DNA of 52,150 nt from Chloroflexota bacterium (GTDB lineage: Bacteria; Chloroflexota; UBA11872; UBA12225; JAJDUF01): NCBI GenBank assembly GCA_022824545.1, contig JAJDZR010000290.1, forward strand, positions 1 to 52,150, in the 5' to 3' direction. Positions 51,602 to 52,150 of the stretch are shown here, one piece after another (the first letter of the stretch is position 1; each line of letters opens with the position of its first letter). The notes beneath the pieces were generated by a model. The model ran no database searches. It worked only from the letters and a program-made list of their open reading frames with translations, and had not been told where the DNA came from. The translations under genes were made by a program, and so were the position numbers.

Positions 51602-52012
51602 ATGCTAACCGGCATTCATCACGTGGGCTATGTCTTTGGCGAGCTGGAGCCGCACGTCGCATTCTATCGCGAGCGCCTGGGTCTGGAGCCGACCGCGCAC
51701 GTTGACGCCACGGAGACGATGGGCATTGAGCTAGTGGTCTATCGCCTAGGCGATGGCTCCAGCGGCCTGGAGCTTATCAGGCCCACGCGCGAGGAAGGGC
51801 CATTTTGGGAGTTCCTGCAGCGCACCGGCGGCGGGCTGCACCACGTGGCCTACGGGACGGATGCGGAGCTTGCCGAGGTAGCCGGTGAGCTGCCGGGTCG
51901 CGGTTTCACTGTCACGACCAACGGGGCGGAAGATAGCCCCGCCGGCTGGCGCATCATCAACGTGGACCCGGCGATCAGCATGGGGCTGCTCACGCAGCTT
52001 GCCGAGCGTTAG
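51602..52012 (+). CDS. VOC family protein (methylmalonyl-CoA epimerase/glyoxalase-like)
   Basis: ATG 51602 has a GGGGAGG RBS. The sequence MLTGIHHVGYVF...GGGLHHVAY is typical of the VOC fold. Confidence 0.7.
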   Translation: MLTGIHHVGYVFGELEPHVAFYRERLGLEPTAHVDATETMGIELVVYRLGDGSSGLELIRPTREEGPFWEFLQRTGGGLHHVAYGTDAELAEVAGELPGRGFTVTTNGAEDSPAGWRIINVDPAISMGLLTQLAER

Positions 52013-52048
52013 GAAGGCATCTGGCGAGCCACGTGGCCGGGGGAGGCA

Positions 52049-52084
52049 GCCCCCCTGTGGTCCCCCCCGGCGGCGGGGGGGCGG
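52049..52084. repeat. Family B element (reverse orientation)
   Basis: The sequence is gcccccctgtggtcccccccggcggcgggggggcgg. Confidence 0.55.
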
Positions 52085-52150
52085 TGTTTACGGCGCTGCG
52101 GCGGCAGTTGGTCTGGGCTGTTACCACCCCCCACGCAACCGGGGCGGGTT

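Overview
This is a GC-rich bacterial chromosomal segment (roughly two-thirds G+C by eye). I count about 43 protein-coding genes. I found no rRNA, tRNA, CRISPR array, transposase or integrase.

Layout:
- 86-9899: two tandem Tat-lipoprotein ABC solute-binding proteins with collagen-like Gly-X-Y linkers, then an SGNH hydrolase, an amidohydrolase, a C-N hydrolase, a stand-alone TrpB2 and an MFS transporter.
- 9996-24639: a cell-envelope glycan locus. It holds rnhA, a YfhO-like GT-C membrane enzyme, a 634-aa orphan protein, a nitroreductase-methyltransferase fusion, a GT-B glycosyltransferase, two tandem methyltransferase paralogs, a Wzm/Wzt-type ABC exporter, a Gfo/Idh/MocA oxidoreductase and a hexapeptide acetyltransferase.
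- 24849-40499: family-B DNA polymerase, queG, MntA/HepT plus an orphan MntA, a Hanks kinase, a very long HlyD-like adaptor, an oxidoreductase, polyprenyl synthase-galU, a DUF433/PIN-like pair, thpR, a rhodanese and a VOC protein.
- 40967-52012: mutL-mutS, secA, prfB (classic CTT TGA C +1 frameshift), a small hidden gene, comF-like and VOC genes.

The strongest signals not explained by ordinary genes are:
1. Several families of short GC-rich palindromic interspersed elements are assembled in different orders in most intergenic gaps. Two copies sit in frame inside coding sequences.
2. A 59-codon YjzC-like gene lies below the ORF-track cutoff and has a perfect TTGACA-17-TATAAT promoter and an AAGGAG RBS.
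3. A tandem methyltransferase duplication carries a fossil of the neighbouring glycosyltransferase 5' end.
4. A translationally coupled operon combines a nitroreductase-methyltransferase fusion, an orphan protein and a YfhO-like enzyme. It may be an uncharacterised glycan-modification module.

Six co-directional gene junctions use 4-nt GTGA/ATGA overlaps. The lineage guess (Chloroflexota/Thermomicrobia-like) is inference only. All family calls come from motif recognition by eye, with no database search.
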